IMG/VR virus record: IMGVR_UViG_3300043411_001170
Location: 1-64,000 of that record
DNA: 64,000 nucleotides
Source of the DNA: a virus
Direction: 5' to 3' (one strand)
A program made the position numbers and the translations under genes. The notes beneath the pieces were generated by a model. The model was not told where the DNA came from. It worked only from the letters and a program-made list of their open reading frames with translations, and searched no databases. Position 1 is the first letter of the stretch. Every line of letters begins with the position of its first letter. Positions 49,465 through 59,584 of this stretch are shown piece by piece.

Positions 49465-50094
49465 ATGAGTTCAAAGAAGAAGATCTTATTTCACGGTCCA
49501 AATGCAAAATCTGCATTTGAGAAGCATTTATCAAAGTGTTTTACAAGTTTTCCTATTTTACATATTAACGAAGAAACGACAATAGATACCATCAGAGACT
49601 TTTCTAGTTGGTTATTAGTCCCTTCATTTTCATCGAATAGTTGGATTGGTTTTGGGCCAGTAGACCAAATGAAACCAAGTTATTTTGATGCTATGCTGAA
49701 GGGAGTTGAAGAGAGCTTACATCATATTGTTTCATGGTGTAATTCGATTGCTTCTGTTTCTGAGACATATCAGTCAAGAGTTCAAACAATATGGTGTTAT
49801 GATCCTGCTGTAAAACCTACTAAAAAAGTAGAAGACAATATTATCAGTGAACTTCTGCAAAGTCATATTTATGAGGTGATCTCTATATTTAGTAGAGATC
49901 TTACTTCTGAAGATTTAATGAAAGAATTAGCTATAGACTTTATTAATTACAAAGACAACAGTAAGCATACAAAACTTTGGGAGTCATTAAGATCTATTGA
50001 TAAATATGACTCTGTGTCTGAAGGATTAAAGAAGAAGCTGATATTAAAATGTTTATTAGAGTACGCTGAAAGTACAAAAACAGGAAAGAAGTAG
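49465..50094 (+). CDS. degenerate clamp-loader delta'(HolB)-like subunit
   Basis: ILFHGP, TIDTIRD, DAMLKGVEE, SETYQSR echo HolB motifs (LLFxGP, IDxIR, NALLKxLEE, TIxSR). Confidence 0.6.
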   Translation: MSSKKKILFHGPNAKSAFEKHLSKCFTSFPILHINEETTIDTIRDFSSWLLVPSFSSNSWIGFGPVDQMKPSYFDAMLKGVEESLHHIVSWCNSIASVSETYQSRVQTIWCYDPAVKPTKKVEDNIISELLQSHIYEVISIFSRDLTSEDLMKELAIDFINYKDNSKHTKLWESLRSIDKYDSVSEGLKKKLILKCLLEYAESTKTGKK

Positions 50095-50095
50095 C

Positions 50096-51031
50096 ATGTT
50101 ATACTTTATAATCGGGAACGATGACTTTTTAATGTACCGTGCAAAAATAAATATGCTTAATAAGCATATAAATGCGGGGTTTCATCACTTTTCGTCAGAA
50201 GCAGGCTTAAAAGATACTGTTCTATCTTCTAAAATTTCCATGTATAAGACAGTTATTGTACATGATAATTTAAAGAAATCCGAACTTCCCTTATTAGAAC
50301 CTATTTTATATGACGATGATAAATCCATGATTATTTGTGGTATCTCCACCATAGATAAATCAGTATTAAAAGATTTAACATCAAGTGATAGGGTGATAGA
50401 ATATTATCAGCCTTATTCACAGACTGATAAAGAGTCATTTTACTTTAATATGCTTAAGAAGTTATGTAGAGATCAAAAGATCACGATAACTGATAAGACG
50501 GCTAGGACTATTGTAGACTTAACAGGTGTCTCACATACTGCTGATACAGGATTTTTATACTATGAAACGTTAAAGCTAATAAATTTTTGTAGATCACATA
50601 AAAAATCGGAGATACAGGAGTCAAGCCTAAATATTGTTGAGTCGTCTGGGGACTCAGGATTTTTTACGTTATTTGATGATTTATTAAATATAACTACAGA
50701 AACATTTTCGCAATTTGTAGGAAGAATTAATCAGTATGTAACTAAAGACCCGCAATTTTTATACGGGTTTTTTAATTATAGTTTTGGCATATTGGTGTTA
50801 CTAAAGGGATCTCAATTAGATAAAAGACAGAATGCAAAAGAAATAGCTAGTATTCTTGGAAAGAAGGAATTTTATATTAAGAGTGTTTTAAACAAAAAAG
50901 TTTTAAAAAATAGAGTAAGTTTATTATTGTCTATAGTAACAGATTCCCTTGTGTACTTAGAAACTATTCAGGGGGATTCTGTCGGTAAGTTTTTAACAGA
51001 CGTGTTCAGAGGGATAGAGAAGGGAAATTAG
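50096..51031 (+). CDS. clamp-loader delta (HolA)-like subunit
   Basis: LYFIIGNDDFL start, ETLKL, FFTLFDDL, IASILGKKEFYI; adjacent to the HolB-like gene. Confidence 0.6.
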   Translation: MLYFIIGNDDFLMYRAKINMLNKHINAGFHHFSSEAGLKDTVLSSKISMYKTVIVHDNLKKSELPLLEPILYDDDKSMIICGISTIDKSVLKDLTSSDRVIEYYQPYSQTDKESFYFNMLKKLCRDQKITITDKTARTIVDLTGVSHTADTGFLYYETLKLINFCRSHKKSEIQESSLNIVESSGDSGFFTLFDDLLNITTETFSQFVGRINQYVTKDPQFLYGFFNYSFGILVLLKGSQLDKRQNAKEIASILGKKEFYIKSVLNKKVLKNRVSLLLSIVTDSLVYLETIQGDSVGKFLTDVFRGIEKGN

Positions 51032-51032
51032 T

Positions 51033-51257
51033 ATGGCAAAGAACGGATTGGAATTTCAAGCAACTATTTTGGAAGCATTTCCCAATGCATCATTTAAAGT
51101 AGAATTTATGCATGGGGAAACTAAAGCTCAAGCATTGTGTACTATTTCTGGAAAAATTCGGCTCCATCAGATTAAGATTATTCCAGGTGATAAAGTATTG
51201 ATCGATATTAGTGAATATGATCTGACAAAAGGACGGATCATTAGACGCTTAGTTTGA
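51033..51257 (+). CDS. infA: translation initiation factor IF-1
   Basis: EAFPNASFKVE..CTISGKIRLHQIKIIPGDKV..SEYDLTKGRIIRR. Confidence 0.95.
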   Translation: MAKNGLEFQATILEAFPNASFKVEFMHGETKAQALCTISGKIRLHQIKIIPGDKVLIDISEYDLTKGRIIRRLV

Positions 51258-51314
51258 CAATTTAACTAAAAGGGAACTGTAGAGTTCCCTTCATCTATTT
51301 TTTAGGGATTTAAT

Positions 51315-51701
51315 ATGTTTCAACCTGAACTTTTACGATTTCATTTAGATGTCAACGGAATCGTATTCTCTTATGACGAAAACGAAAATTTTGCAAAAGA
51401 AGAGAATTTATTTAATTATTTAAATAAATATCAAGATAAGGACATTAATTTCGGTTTAGCTATATTGGGAAAAGTAGATTTTTTCTCCGATGGTATTTTC
51501 CAGTATGATCACCTTTTAAATAAAATTACCTTAACGGAAAAAGATAAAGTATCTACATTCATGCTTAATGACTATGCAGGTATGTTCTGTACTTTTTTCG
51601 CTTCTCACAAATTTGAAGCAAAATCAGAAAATCCACGTATGTCTTCAGAAGAATTAAAGAAAAGCGTAGAGTTCTTAAAATCTATACTAGATAAGAAATA
51701 A
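51315..51701 (+). CDS. hypothetical protein, possibly detached N-terminal part of RecD2
   Basis: same frame as the helicase, separated by one TAA. Confidence 0.5.
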   Translation: MFQPELLRFHLDVNGIVFSYDENENFAKEENLFNYLNKYQDKDINFGLAILGKVDFFSDGIFQYDHLLNKITLTEKDKVSTFMLNDYAGMFCTFFASHKFEAKSENPRMSSEELKKSVEFLKSILDKK

Positions 51702-51719
51702 AGTTTGACAGAGGTTTTT

Positions 51720-53330
51720 ATGTTTGAGCAAGAAGTTTTGGAATTAGTAACAAAAAACGAACAACTAGGTTCACTCTATGTGACAGTTGATTATATCATT
51801 AAAGGGATGGAACATAAGAATCTATCTACAGATGCTATCTTAGACATTCTTATGGCTCTTATTTCAAAGAAAGAGATTCATGTAGACTCTAGCTTTGGTA
51901 CTCCTTATAGAGTGTATAAAACAGAAACTTATATTAAAGAGAAATTTTGTTCTGATATTTTATTGAAAAGAAAATCTGAAATTAGTTCTGCATCTTATGA
52001 TTCCATCAGCATGTCTGATTTTAAAACTTTAATGCAACAGAGAGTAGATGATGAGGATGGTTTGCTAAGTTCTATGGAACTTACTGCATTACAGAAGCAA
52101 GCTATTGTAAATTCTTTGGTACATCCTGTGTCTATTATTACGGGTTATCCAGGTACAGGTAAAACGACGTGTCTTCGTGTACTGACAAATATATTGAAAA
52201 AGAATAATATAAATTTTTTGTTGCTAGCTCCTACAGGAATTGCTGCTAAAAGATTGTCTAATTTAACAGGGGCAAAAGCAAGTACTGTACATAGAGCATT
52301 TCAAGCTCAAGGAGAAATAGAGGACAGGGATTTTAGTTATGTCGGTATACAAAAAACAGTTCAAGAATCTGTTACTGATCAAGATTCTACATGGACGTGG
52401 GGTATTGAAGGAAGTCATTATCCAGCGGATATAGTAATCATAGATGAATCTTCTATGCTGGATACGAATTTATTATATCGTATTCTGATGTACACTAAAC
52501 CTCTATGTAGGGTTGTTTTGATAGGTGATCAAGAACAACTACCCTCTGTTGGTCCAGGGTCGGTATTAAAAGACTTAATAGCCTCAAATGCTTTTCCTGT
52601 GACAAGGTTTGAAGAGATATTTAGACAGGATGGTACAAGTCCGATTATTGTATCTGCTCATGATATAGTTAAGGGAAATTTTCCATCATCTGTTGATGGT
52701 GATTTTAAGTTCATAGAAATAAATGATGAGCAGGAAATATTAGACAAGGTTTTGGAAACTGTCTGTAACTTTTATAAAAATCAACTTAATTTCCAGGTGT
52801 TTTCTCCTAAACATGCTGGGTTATTAGGTGTTACGAACTTAAATTCTGAAATACGTGAGAAAATAAATAGTAAAAGTAATAAGAAGAAAGAATTTCAGAT
52901 TGATAAGTTTTCTTATGTGAGAGAAGGTGATCGTGTAATGGTGATTAAAAATCATTACAAAAATAATTTATTTAACGGTGATTTTGGTAAGGTCCATTTA
53001 ATAAATTTTTCTAAGAAAAGTATAGAAGTCAAGATCTTTGGCGATATTCCTAGAATATTCTCCTATAAAATAGAAGAGTTTTCTAAATATTTTAGATTAT
53101 GTTATGCTTGTACGGTACATAAGGCACAAGGATTGGAGATGGATACAATTATATTTCCAATCGTAAGAAGTCATGGCTTTATGTTACAGCGTAATCTTTT
53201 ATATACGGCTGTTACCAGAGCAAAGAAAAATGTGATATTGATAGGTCAGAGGGCAGCACTTCTTCAGGCTGTGCAAAATAACAGAGAAGATAAAAGAAAC
53301 ACCTCTTTACGAGAAAGACTTGGATCATAA
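51720..53330 (+). CDS. recD: RecD2/TraA-like SF1B helicase
   Basis: GYPGTGKT, LAPTGIAA, IIDESSM, IGDQEQLPSVGPG, IFRQ, YACTVHKAQGLE, LLYTAVTRAK; ATG 51720 has GAGG RBS. Confidence 0.92.
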   Translation: MFEQEVLELVTKNEQLGSLYVTVDYIIKGMEHKNLSTDAILDILMALISKKEIHVDSSFGTPYRVYKTETYIKEKFCSDILLKRKSEISSASYDSISMSDFKTLMQQRVDDEDGLLSSMELTALQKQAIVNSLVHPVSIITGYPGTGKTTCLRVLTNILKKNNINFLLLAPTGIAAKRLSNLTGAKASTVHRAFQAQGEIEDRDFSYVGIQKTVQESVTDQDSTWTWGIEGSHYPADIVIIDESSMLDTNLLYRILMYTKPLCRVVLIGDQEQLPSVGPGSVLKDLIASNAFPVTRFEEIFRQDGTSPIIVSAHDIVKGNFPSSVDGDFKFIEINDEQEILDKVLETVCNFYKNQLNFQVFSPKHAGLLGVTNLNSEIREKINSKSNKKKEFQIDKFSYVREGDRVMVIKNHYKNNLFNGDFGKVHLINFSKKSIEVKIFGDIPRIFSYKIEEFSKYFRLCYACTVHKAQGLEMDTIIFPIVRSHGFMLQRNLLYTAVTRAKKNVILIGQRAALLQAVQNNREDKRNTSLRERLGS

Positions 53331-53655
53331 TATGTCTGATTTAGATATAAATATAAAGATTAGAGATACTTTATTAAAGATAAAAGATAATTTAAGTATT
53401 GCAAATATAAAAATAACGAAAACTAGAGGGTCATATATTTCTACATTTGAATTGGACTGTCAAGAAAATGACTCTTCAACAAATTTATTAAGTTTTCATT
53501 ATACATCCATGTTGATGGAGATAGCTCTTGTGAGGAATTGTTATGGATCTGGAGAAATACATAACCAAGAGCAGCTTACTCAGATACGGATTATAAAATC
53601 CAGGTATGCCGATATTTTTCGTGCTTTATGCACAGAAAAAGAAGAAAGCGAATAA
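53320..53655 (+). CDS. hypothetical protein
   Basis: 111 aa ORF in the replication operon. Confidence 0.6.
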   Translation: MDHNMSDLDINIKIRDTLLKIKDNLSIANIKITKTRGSYISTFELDCQENDSSTNLLSFHYTSMLMEIALVRNCYGSGEIHNQEQLTQIRIIKSRYADIFRALCTEKEESE

Positions 53656-53683
53656 AAGATCTAATCTCAATTAGGGTTTTAAA

Positions 53684-54415
53684 ATGTCCGAAAATCAAAA
53701 TACAGACTTGTCAGATTCTCAGTTTCAAGAAGAGTTGGAAAAATATGCTGACAGTATTTATAGCAGCATCTCAAAATTAGAAGTAGAATTGGATCAAGAT
53801 CCATTAGTTCATGGTCCAGCAGCTTTAAATAAAAAAACAGCAGTGGCTAGAAATTTCCTAACGTCAGCTACACATATGCACATGGAAGTATCTAACCATT
53901 TACGATCTGCAAAACGACAATTAATTTACGAAGAAGGTATCCTTGATGCAAAAATTAAGGATATTGTCATTAATGATAAGACAGCTAGAGGGTACTCTTC
54001 TATCAAAGAAAGAGAATATTATGCCCAGCTACAACATAAAGAAGGAGTCATTAAACTTAATAACTTAAAACAATATGTTCAAAATCTTGAATTTCTATTA
54101 GAAGCTATTAAACTAAAAATAGCTGACCTAAAAGATGTTCAGGTACGTGTTCAAAATCAAGTTCGTCTATGTCAAGACGAACTCAGTACAGGAAATAAAT
54201 GGGGAAATCAAGCATCATCCTTGAAAGATGAAAAAAACGCTAATAAATATCTTGAGTTCAAGAAAAGTATCCAGCAGAGAAAAGATACTGAGATACTTAT
54301 TTCTAGTAAGGACAGCGGCTGTCCTATTCCAGAAATACTGTTACCTATGAATAACACTCAAGATTCTGCGTCTAATGACATATTAGACGATGTGGATGCA
54401 TTTTTAAACAGTTGA
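53684..54415 (+). CDS. coiled-coil protein, possibly UvsY-like recombination mediator
   Basis: long helical pattern, SIKEREYYA motif, positioned before SSB/RuvC/RecA. Confidence 0.4.
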   Translation: MSENQNTDLSDSQFQEELEKYADSIYSSISKLEVELDQDPLVHGPAALNKKTAVARNFLTSATHMHMEVSNHLRSAKRQLIYEEGILDAKIKDIVINDKTARGYSSIKEREYYAQLQHKEGVIKLNNLKQYVQNLEFLLEAIKLKIADLKDVQVRVQNQVRLCQDELSTGNKWGNQASSLKDEKNANKYLEFKKSIQQRKDTEILISSKDSGCPIPEILLPMNNTQDSASNDILDDVDAFLNS

Positions 54416-54499
54416 TCGGTAGTATAAGTACAAGCAGCAAGTTTTAATTTCTAAACTTGTTGCAAGTAATCGCCAAAATCTAATATAGAAACCGAGGGC

Positions 54500-54595
54500 A
54501 GTTAGAAGCGTCAAAGAGAAAAAAACCTGTAAAGGTGAACCTCAAAAAGACAAAATTGCTTCTAACTTAGACCATGAGGTTCAACGGAGAGAAAA
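54500..54595 (+). promoter_or_regulatory. pseudoknotted 5' leader of the SSB-like gene
   Basis: stem 54500-09/54558-67; loop segment TGAACCTCA 54536-44 complements TGAGGTTCA 54575-83, next to the GGAG RBS. Confidence 0.65.
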
Positions 54596-55408
54596 ATGGC
54601 AACAACACTTAGTTTTGATGATCGTGACTTGCAATCTTCTGGTAAGACACCTTGGCTCAAGCTTGCTGATAGTAAGCCTGTGCGTGTCAGCTTTGCGAGT
54701 TTTGCCGTTGATAAGAACGGTGATCCTGTCTCTAAGGTCGATTCACAGAAAAAAACTCCTGTGTATCTTAAAGAAGGATCTGATGGGAAGTACGTTGACG
54801 AGCAAGGATTTGACGTTCCAAAGGAAAATGTAAAGGATGCATTTCCAGAAGTCGTCGAAGAACGTGGATATTTTATTAAAGGTGTTGGTTATATTACCGA
54901 AACACCTGATGTAAAAGAATACATGAGTGGAAAAGAATCTGAGCAAAGGTATGCTACTGTAGTTGTACAGTGGAATGTTCTCGATGACGAGAAGCCTAAG
55001 TCAACCAACGACTATACTGTATCTGTCTTCGGGTTTTCTGTAAAAGTTTTACAGAAGATTATTTTTAATAATAAGAAGTGGCCTATGGTGAAGTACGATG
55101 TCAACCTAAACAAAACAGGTAATGACATCACTCCTTCTCCAGAAAGTGATAATCTTTTTGTGTGGGTTCGTGAGAACAAACCAGAGCTTTTTGCAAAGCT
55201 TTGGGAATCCATTAAGAAGGTTAAACCTCAAGCACTTCCAACTCGCTCTATGGAATCGGAACAAATTAGGAAGAAATTGAATGGTGCTTCTGGAAGCACA
55301 GAAGAATCTTCCGATAAGAAACCGAAGCCACAAGTTGATACGTCCAAGGCGTCAAGAGAAATTGAGGGTAAACTCAATAATTTGACGGTAGAAGGTTTGC
55401 CATTCTAA
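54596..55408 (+). CDS. putative single-stranded DNA-binding protein
   Basis: WLKL..VRVSF, RYATVVVQW, aromatic beta-rich core, low-complexity tail ending LPF; position before ruvC-recA. Confidence 0.6.
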   Translation: MATTLSFDDRDLQSSGKTPWLKLADSKPVRVSFASFAVDKNGDPVSKVDSQKKTPVYLKEGSDGKYVDEQGFDVPKENVKDAFPEVVEERGYFIKGVGYITETPDVKEYMSGKESEQRYATVVVQWNVLDDEKPKSTNDYTVSVFGFSVKVLQKIIFNNKKWPMVKYDVNLNKTGNDITPSPESDNLFVWVRENKPELFAKLWESIKKVKPQALPTRSMESEQIRKKLNGASGSTEESSDKKPKPQVDTSKASREIEGKLNNLTVEGLPF

Positions 55409-55429
55409 CAATTAGTTAGAATAAACTAT

Positions 55430-55463
55430 AAGGCAGGATAATATCCTGCCTTTTTATTTTTTT
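55430..55463 (+). terminator. intrinsic terminator
   Basis: AAGGCAGGAT/ATCCTGCCTT stem followed by T-tract. Confidence 0.85.
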
Positions 55464-55472
55464 GGTATCTAT

Positions 55473-56132
55473 ATGAAAGTATTAGGATTAGATCCTTCTT
55501 TTTCTAATTTTGGTTGGTGTACTATAGAAGATGAGAAAGATTTATTTAGTAATGTGACGATAGATAAAGGGAGGATTCGGTGGAAGGAGAAAACAGATGA
55601 GAGGGAATATGACTTTGTAGATAAATTTATCCTTTTGGAAAAGTATTTAAGATCTTTATTAGCTTCTACAAAGCCAGATTACATAGCAATAGAACAACCG
55701 ACATATGGTACTTCGTATGCTGAAGGTATGTACGCTCTTTTTATACAGAATATGAAGATTATAAAAGAGTTAAAATTTAATGTGTTAACCGTAGATAATA
55801 ATGAAACGAAGAGTCGTGTCCGAGATTATCTGAAGAAGGATGATAAATCAAAGGTTACTAAATCTGAGATTAAATTAGCTGCGAGAAAACATACTGGAAT
55901 TCAGAAGTGGACGGGCGATGAGGCAGATGCTTATTGGATTGGGCATTTAGGTATGAAGTTTTGGAAACTACAATCAGGTCAAATCACAGATGCTGATTTT
56001 GAACCTATTGATGTTGAACAAATTTCATGCTTTTCACTATTTGTAAAAGGTCCGAAGAAGGGTACACCTAAGAAAGTCGGACTGATTCACAGACCAAAAG
56101 ATCGTTATTTTATTTGGTCTACACAAGGGTAA
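55473..56132 (+). CDS. ruvC: RuvC-like Holliday junction resolvase
   Basis: VLGLDPSFSNFGWC, IAIEQP, DEADAY. Confidence 0.85.
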   Translation: MKVLGLDPSFSNFGWCTIEDEKDLFSNVTIDKGRIRWKEKTDEREYDFVDKFILLEKYLRSLLASTKPDYIAIEQPTYGTSYAEGMYALFIQNMKIIKELKFNVLTVDNNETKSRVRDYLKKDDKSKVTKSEIKLAARKHTGIQKWTGDEADAYWIGHLGMKFWKLQSGQITDADFEPIDVEQISCFSLFVKGPKKGTPKKVGLIHRPKDRYFIWSTQG

Positions 56133-56136
56133 GAAT

Positions 56137-57333
56137 ATGGCTAGACCTACTTCATCTGGAATTAGTCCTCTTCAAAGGGGACTAGACGCTATAGTTGCTT
56201 TAAAAGGTAAAGATATTGTACCTGTAACTATTGATACGTCAAGCCTATCTAAAAGTAAAGCAGTTATTAATTCTGGATCTATCGAAATTAACTATGCTAT
56301 CGGCGGTGAACCTAATGATGCAGGTGTACCTCCCTGCCCTGGATATCCTAAAGGATGCCTCATTCAGATTTGGGGTGAAGAGTCGGCAGGTAAAACAACG
56401 CTCGTATTACATGCATGTGCAAGTTTGCATAGTGCAGGTGGTTGTGTTGTCTATATCGATTGGGAACACGTTCTTGACCTTAAATATGCAGAAGTATTAG
56501 GTGTTGAAGTTAGAGATCCAAGTAAATTCCTTCTATTCCAGCCCAATACATTAGAAGAGGGCATTACCATTGCCTCTGAAATGATTAAAGCAGGTGTAGA
56601 TGTTGTTGTATTTGACTCTGTTGGTGCAGGCACACCAGAAAAGACGTTTAATAACTTTATCGATGATCCTTCAGAGACAGATAATCAGACCATGCTATTG
56701 GCAAAAATTTGGAGCCAAAAGCTTCCAATGCTGACATCTATGGCTGAACAAAGCGGAACTACTATCTTTGCTATTTCTCAGCAAAGAGAAGCTGTTTCTA
56801 TGGGGTTCTCAAAATCCTTTGCACCTATCCCACCAAAACCTCAAGGTGGTAATGCTTTTAAGTTTTACTCTTCTCTTCGTATCTCTTTGAAGAAGTGCCT
56901 TGCACTAAAATGCAAAGTATATGATGCGTTGTTGGCAGAAAAGGTTGAAAAAGTCATCGGTTCAAAAGTCCGAATGACTATCCAGAAGAATAAATGGGCA
57001 CCAACAGCACAGAATTGCGTAGAATTCTATGTTATTTTTGGAAAAGGCATAGATAATACAAGATCTCTTGTTGATATTGGTATTGCTCATAAAATCATCG
57101 AAAAGAAAACAAAATCTTCGTTTGTTTGGTTCTTTGAGGGTGAGGAAATTAAAGTTAATGGTCAGGAAAAATTGGTTAAGTCCTTGATTCCTTCAGGAAG
57201 TAAGGAAGAAAGGGAGTTAGCTGTTAGGAAGCAGCAAGATCTTTGGAATCAGATTAAAGCAAAATTTAAGGTTCCAAAGGGTGAGTTGGAAGATCAAGAA
57301 GAATTTATCCTTACTCCAGATGACGTAGATTAA
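56137..57333 (+). CDS. recA: RecA recombinase
   Basis: GEESAGKTT, YIDWEH, VVFDSVG, SQQRE, GGNAFKFYSSLR, KNK. Confidence 0.95.
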   Translation: MARPTSSGISPLQRGLDAIVALKGKDIVPVTIDTSSLSKSKAVINSGSIEINYAIGGEPNDAGVPPCPGYPKGCLIQIWGEESAGKTTLVLHACASLHSAGGCVVYIDWEHVLDLKYAEVLGVEVRDPSKFLLFQPNTLEEGITIASEMIKAGVDVVVFDSVGAGTPEKTFNNFIDDPSETDNQTMLLAKIWSQKLPMLTSMAEQSGTTIFAISQQREAVSMGFSKSFAPIPPKPQGGNAFKFYSSLRISLKKCLALKCKVYDALLAEKVEKVIGSKVRMTIQKNKWAPTAQNCVEFYVIFGKGIDNTRSLVDIGIAHKIIEKKTKSSFVWFFEGEEIKVNGQEKLVKSLIPSGSKEERELAVRKQQDLWNQIKAKFKVPKGELEDQEEFILTPDDVD

Positions 57334-57352
57334 TTTAATAGTTTAGAAAACT

Positions 57353-57374
57353 AAGCCCCGAATAGGGGCTTTTT
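57353..57374 (+). terminator. intrinsic terminator
   Basis: AAGCCCC/GGGGCTT stem followed by T-tract. Confidence 0.75.
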
Positions 57375-57392
57375 ATATGGGGAATCGAAATT

Positions 57393-58598
57393 ATGATCAA
57401 AGTAAGAGTAAAGAATTTTCAATCTTTGGTTGATTGTGAGATGTTAATTGACGGATTCACAACATTAACAGGTAAAAATAACACAGGAAAATCAGCACTT
57501 ATACGTGCTATTTATTCTATGTTTACGAATCCTACTTATCTTCCTATAGCTAATGATATTACAAAACCTGTAGAAGTTGAGCTTACAGGTGATGGTTTTC
57601 ATATATTATGGAAGAAAAGTAAAACTGATAATATGTACGTTATTGATGGTGTAACTTACGAAAAAGTTGATAGAGATTTACCAGAGGCACTGAATAAAAT
57701 AGGTATTAACAGCATTAATATTAATGGTAAGACAATATTTCCACAGTTTGCTATGCAACTTACAGGGCAATTATTTTTAACCAATATGCCGGGTTCTTAT
57801 TTATCTGAGGCAGTGGCTGATACTGATTCTGTTCAGTTACTGACAGATGCGTATAAGTTATCAGAAAAATCCAGAAAAAACGCGACTTCTGAGTTAAAAA
57901 TAAGAAAGAAAGATCTAGTAGATACTAATAAAACATTAGCAAGCTACGACTCATTTTTTAGTATAAAAGACGAATTTGAAATATTAACGCAAGATAAGAG
58001 TGCTATTGATTTATTGACAGGCAAAATCAAAATTTTAAAAGATATATATACTAAGATTACTACTTGTAAGAACACACTTAGTAAATTAGTAAATGTTAAC
58101 AGTGTTATTTCTGATATGAAAGAACTAAAGTTTGATGATATCAATATACTTTTAGAAAAAAGAATAACAGTTACTGACTTGCTTAAGAATTATAGTATAA
58201 GAAAGAAGGAACTGAATTCCATAGAGGCATTTGATTCTAAGGTTGAATCCAATAATATCGAAAATCTTATTTTATGTGTTGGAGATATAAAGAAAGTATT
58301 TAATTCATATTTTGAGTTGTTATCCTTGCGATCAAAAATAGAAAATCAGAGGAAGGTATTAGACGAAATTCCAGATGTAGAAGATCCTGTTTCAGTGGAT
58401 GAAGTTAATAAATTAAAACAGCTATTTAATTTATTAACTTCTTTAAATTCTCTTATTATACAAAGAAGATTATTATCTAATGAAATATGTGATACGACGA
58501 ACAGTGTTGACAGATTGGTGACTGAACATAGTCAGATAAAAAAAGACATCGCAGTATTTTTGAAGCAGCAGGGAAAATGTCCTGTATGTTCTGTGTGA
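57393..58598 (+). CDS. SbcC/Rad50-like ATPase, N-terminal half (Walker A to Zn hook)
   Basis: VKNFQS, GKNNTGKSALIRA, Q-loop FAMQ, coiled coil, ends GKCPVCSV; no signature or Walker B. Confidence 0.85.
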   Translation: MIKVRVKNFQSLVDCEMLIDGFTTLTGKNNTGKSALIRAIYSMFTNPTYLPIANDITKPVEVELTGDGFHILWKKSKTDNMYVIDGVTYEKVDRDLPEALNKIGINSININGKTIFPQFAMQLTGQLFLTNMPGSYLSEAVADTDSVQLLTDAYKLSEKSRKNATSELKIRKKDLVDTNKTLASYDSFFSIKDEFEILTQDKSAIDLLTGKIKILKDIYTKITTCKNTLSKLVNVNSVISDMKELKFDDINILLEKRITVTDLLKNYSIRKKELNSIEAFDSKVESNNIENLILCVGDIKKVFNSYFELLSLRSKIENQRKVLDEIPDVEDPVSVDEVNKLKQLFNLLTSLNSLIIQRRLLSNEICDTTNSVDRLVTEHSQIKKDIAVFLKQQGKCPVCSV

Positions 58599-58707
58599 TA
58601 TTTTTTTGAGATTTTTTGCTATTATAGGTAATATGTAGATGCTTATTCGGATATGTTTACCGAATAATGTTTACATAAAATTGAAAGATTGAAAGAAAGG
58701 CTGAAAA

Positions 58708-59526
58708 ATGTCACTAACGAAAGAAGCAGTTATCGATATGCGTAAAGATTTAATTTTAGAATTGTTGGCCGACAATGCTGTGAAAGCAGAATATTTGGGT
58801 GATGGATTGGTTGATGGAAACCAATTCTTGTTGCCTTTTGAAGTAAGATCTTGGGAAAAGGACACCGTAGAAATTCCCCTTGGAATGCTACTCGGTGTTT
58901 TTATTTCTGATGATGATGTTGGGCTTGCTGAATTGAAAAAAGCTTTCTTTAAAAAAGCTAAGACAGTTCATTTCTCAAAAGCTTGCTTCGTAACTATTCC
59001 AAATTTTGCAGATGCAAAATTGGATGATGCTCTATCTATTGCTACAATGGTATCTGTATTACTTACGTTAGACGTAAATAATCAAGGATATAAATCAGTA
59101 GTATTAAATAGAGATCTAACCTATCAAGTATATAACGCTCAGAAATCACCTAAGAAAGTAGCGGATAAGAAGCCTTCTCAAAGGTCGGAAAATCCTAAAC
59201 ATTTTGATTACCGCCCTCGTGATAGTCAATTTTCAGAAAGTGATAGTAGAGATTCTCAGCCCCAACATGAAACCTGTGGGGAAATTAAAACTTATTTTGT
59301 AGATAGAGGATTTGGATTTGTCGTGTCAAATGATGGAACACAGACATTTTTCCATATTAATAATGTAAGCGACCCAGAACTCGCTGATTTTCTTGAATCT
59401 ACTAAGCCAGAAGATATTCAAAAGCGACACATTAAAGTGTTGTGTAAAAGACGCAAGGATGCGGGTGTAAAGTATCATACAGCCATTTCTATTGAAATGA
59501 CTACACCATATCCACTGTTTAAATAA
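58708..59526 (+). CDS. protein with C-terminal cold-shock domain
   Basis: GEIKTYFVDRGFGFV..TFFHINNV (RNP1/RNP2-like). Confidence 0.8.
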   Translation: MSLTKEAVIDMRKDLILELLADNAVKAEYLGDGLVDGNQFLLPFEVRSWEKDTVEIPLGMLLGVFISDDDVGLAELKKAFFKKAKTVHFSKACFVTIPNFADAKLDDALSIATMVSVLLTLDVNNQGYKSVVLNRDLTYQVYNAQKSPKKVADKKPSQRSENPKHFDYRPRDSQFSESDSRDSQPQHETCGEIKTYFVDRGFGFVVSNDGTQTFFHINNVSDPELADFLESTKPEDIQKRHIKVLCKRRKDAGVKYHTAISIEMTTPYPLFK

Positions 59527-59556
59527 AACTAGAAAAAACTAGTATTTATAGATACG

Positions 59557-59584
59557 AAGGCCAGATAGCTATCTGGCCTTTTTT
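59557..59584 (+). terminator. intrinsic terminator
   Basis: palindrome AAGGCCAGATAGCTATCTGGCCTT followed by TTTT. Confidence 0.8.
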
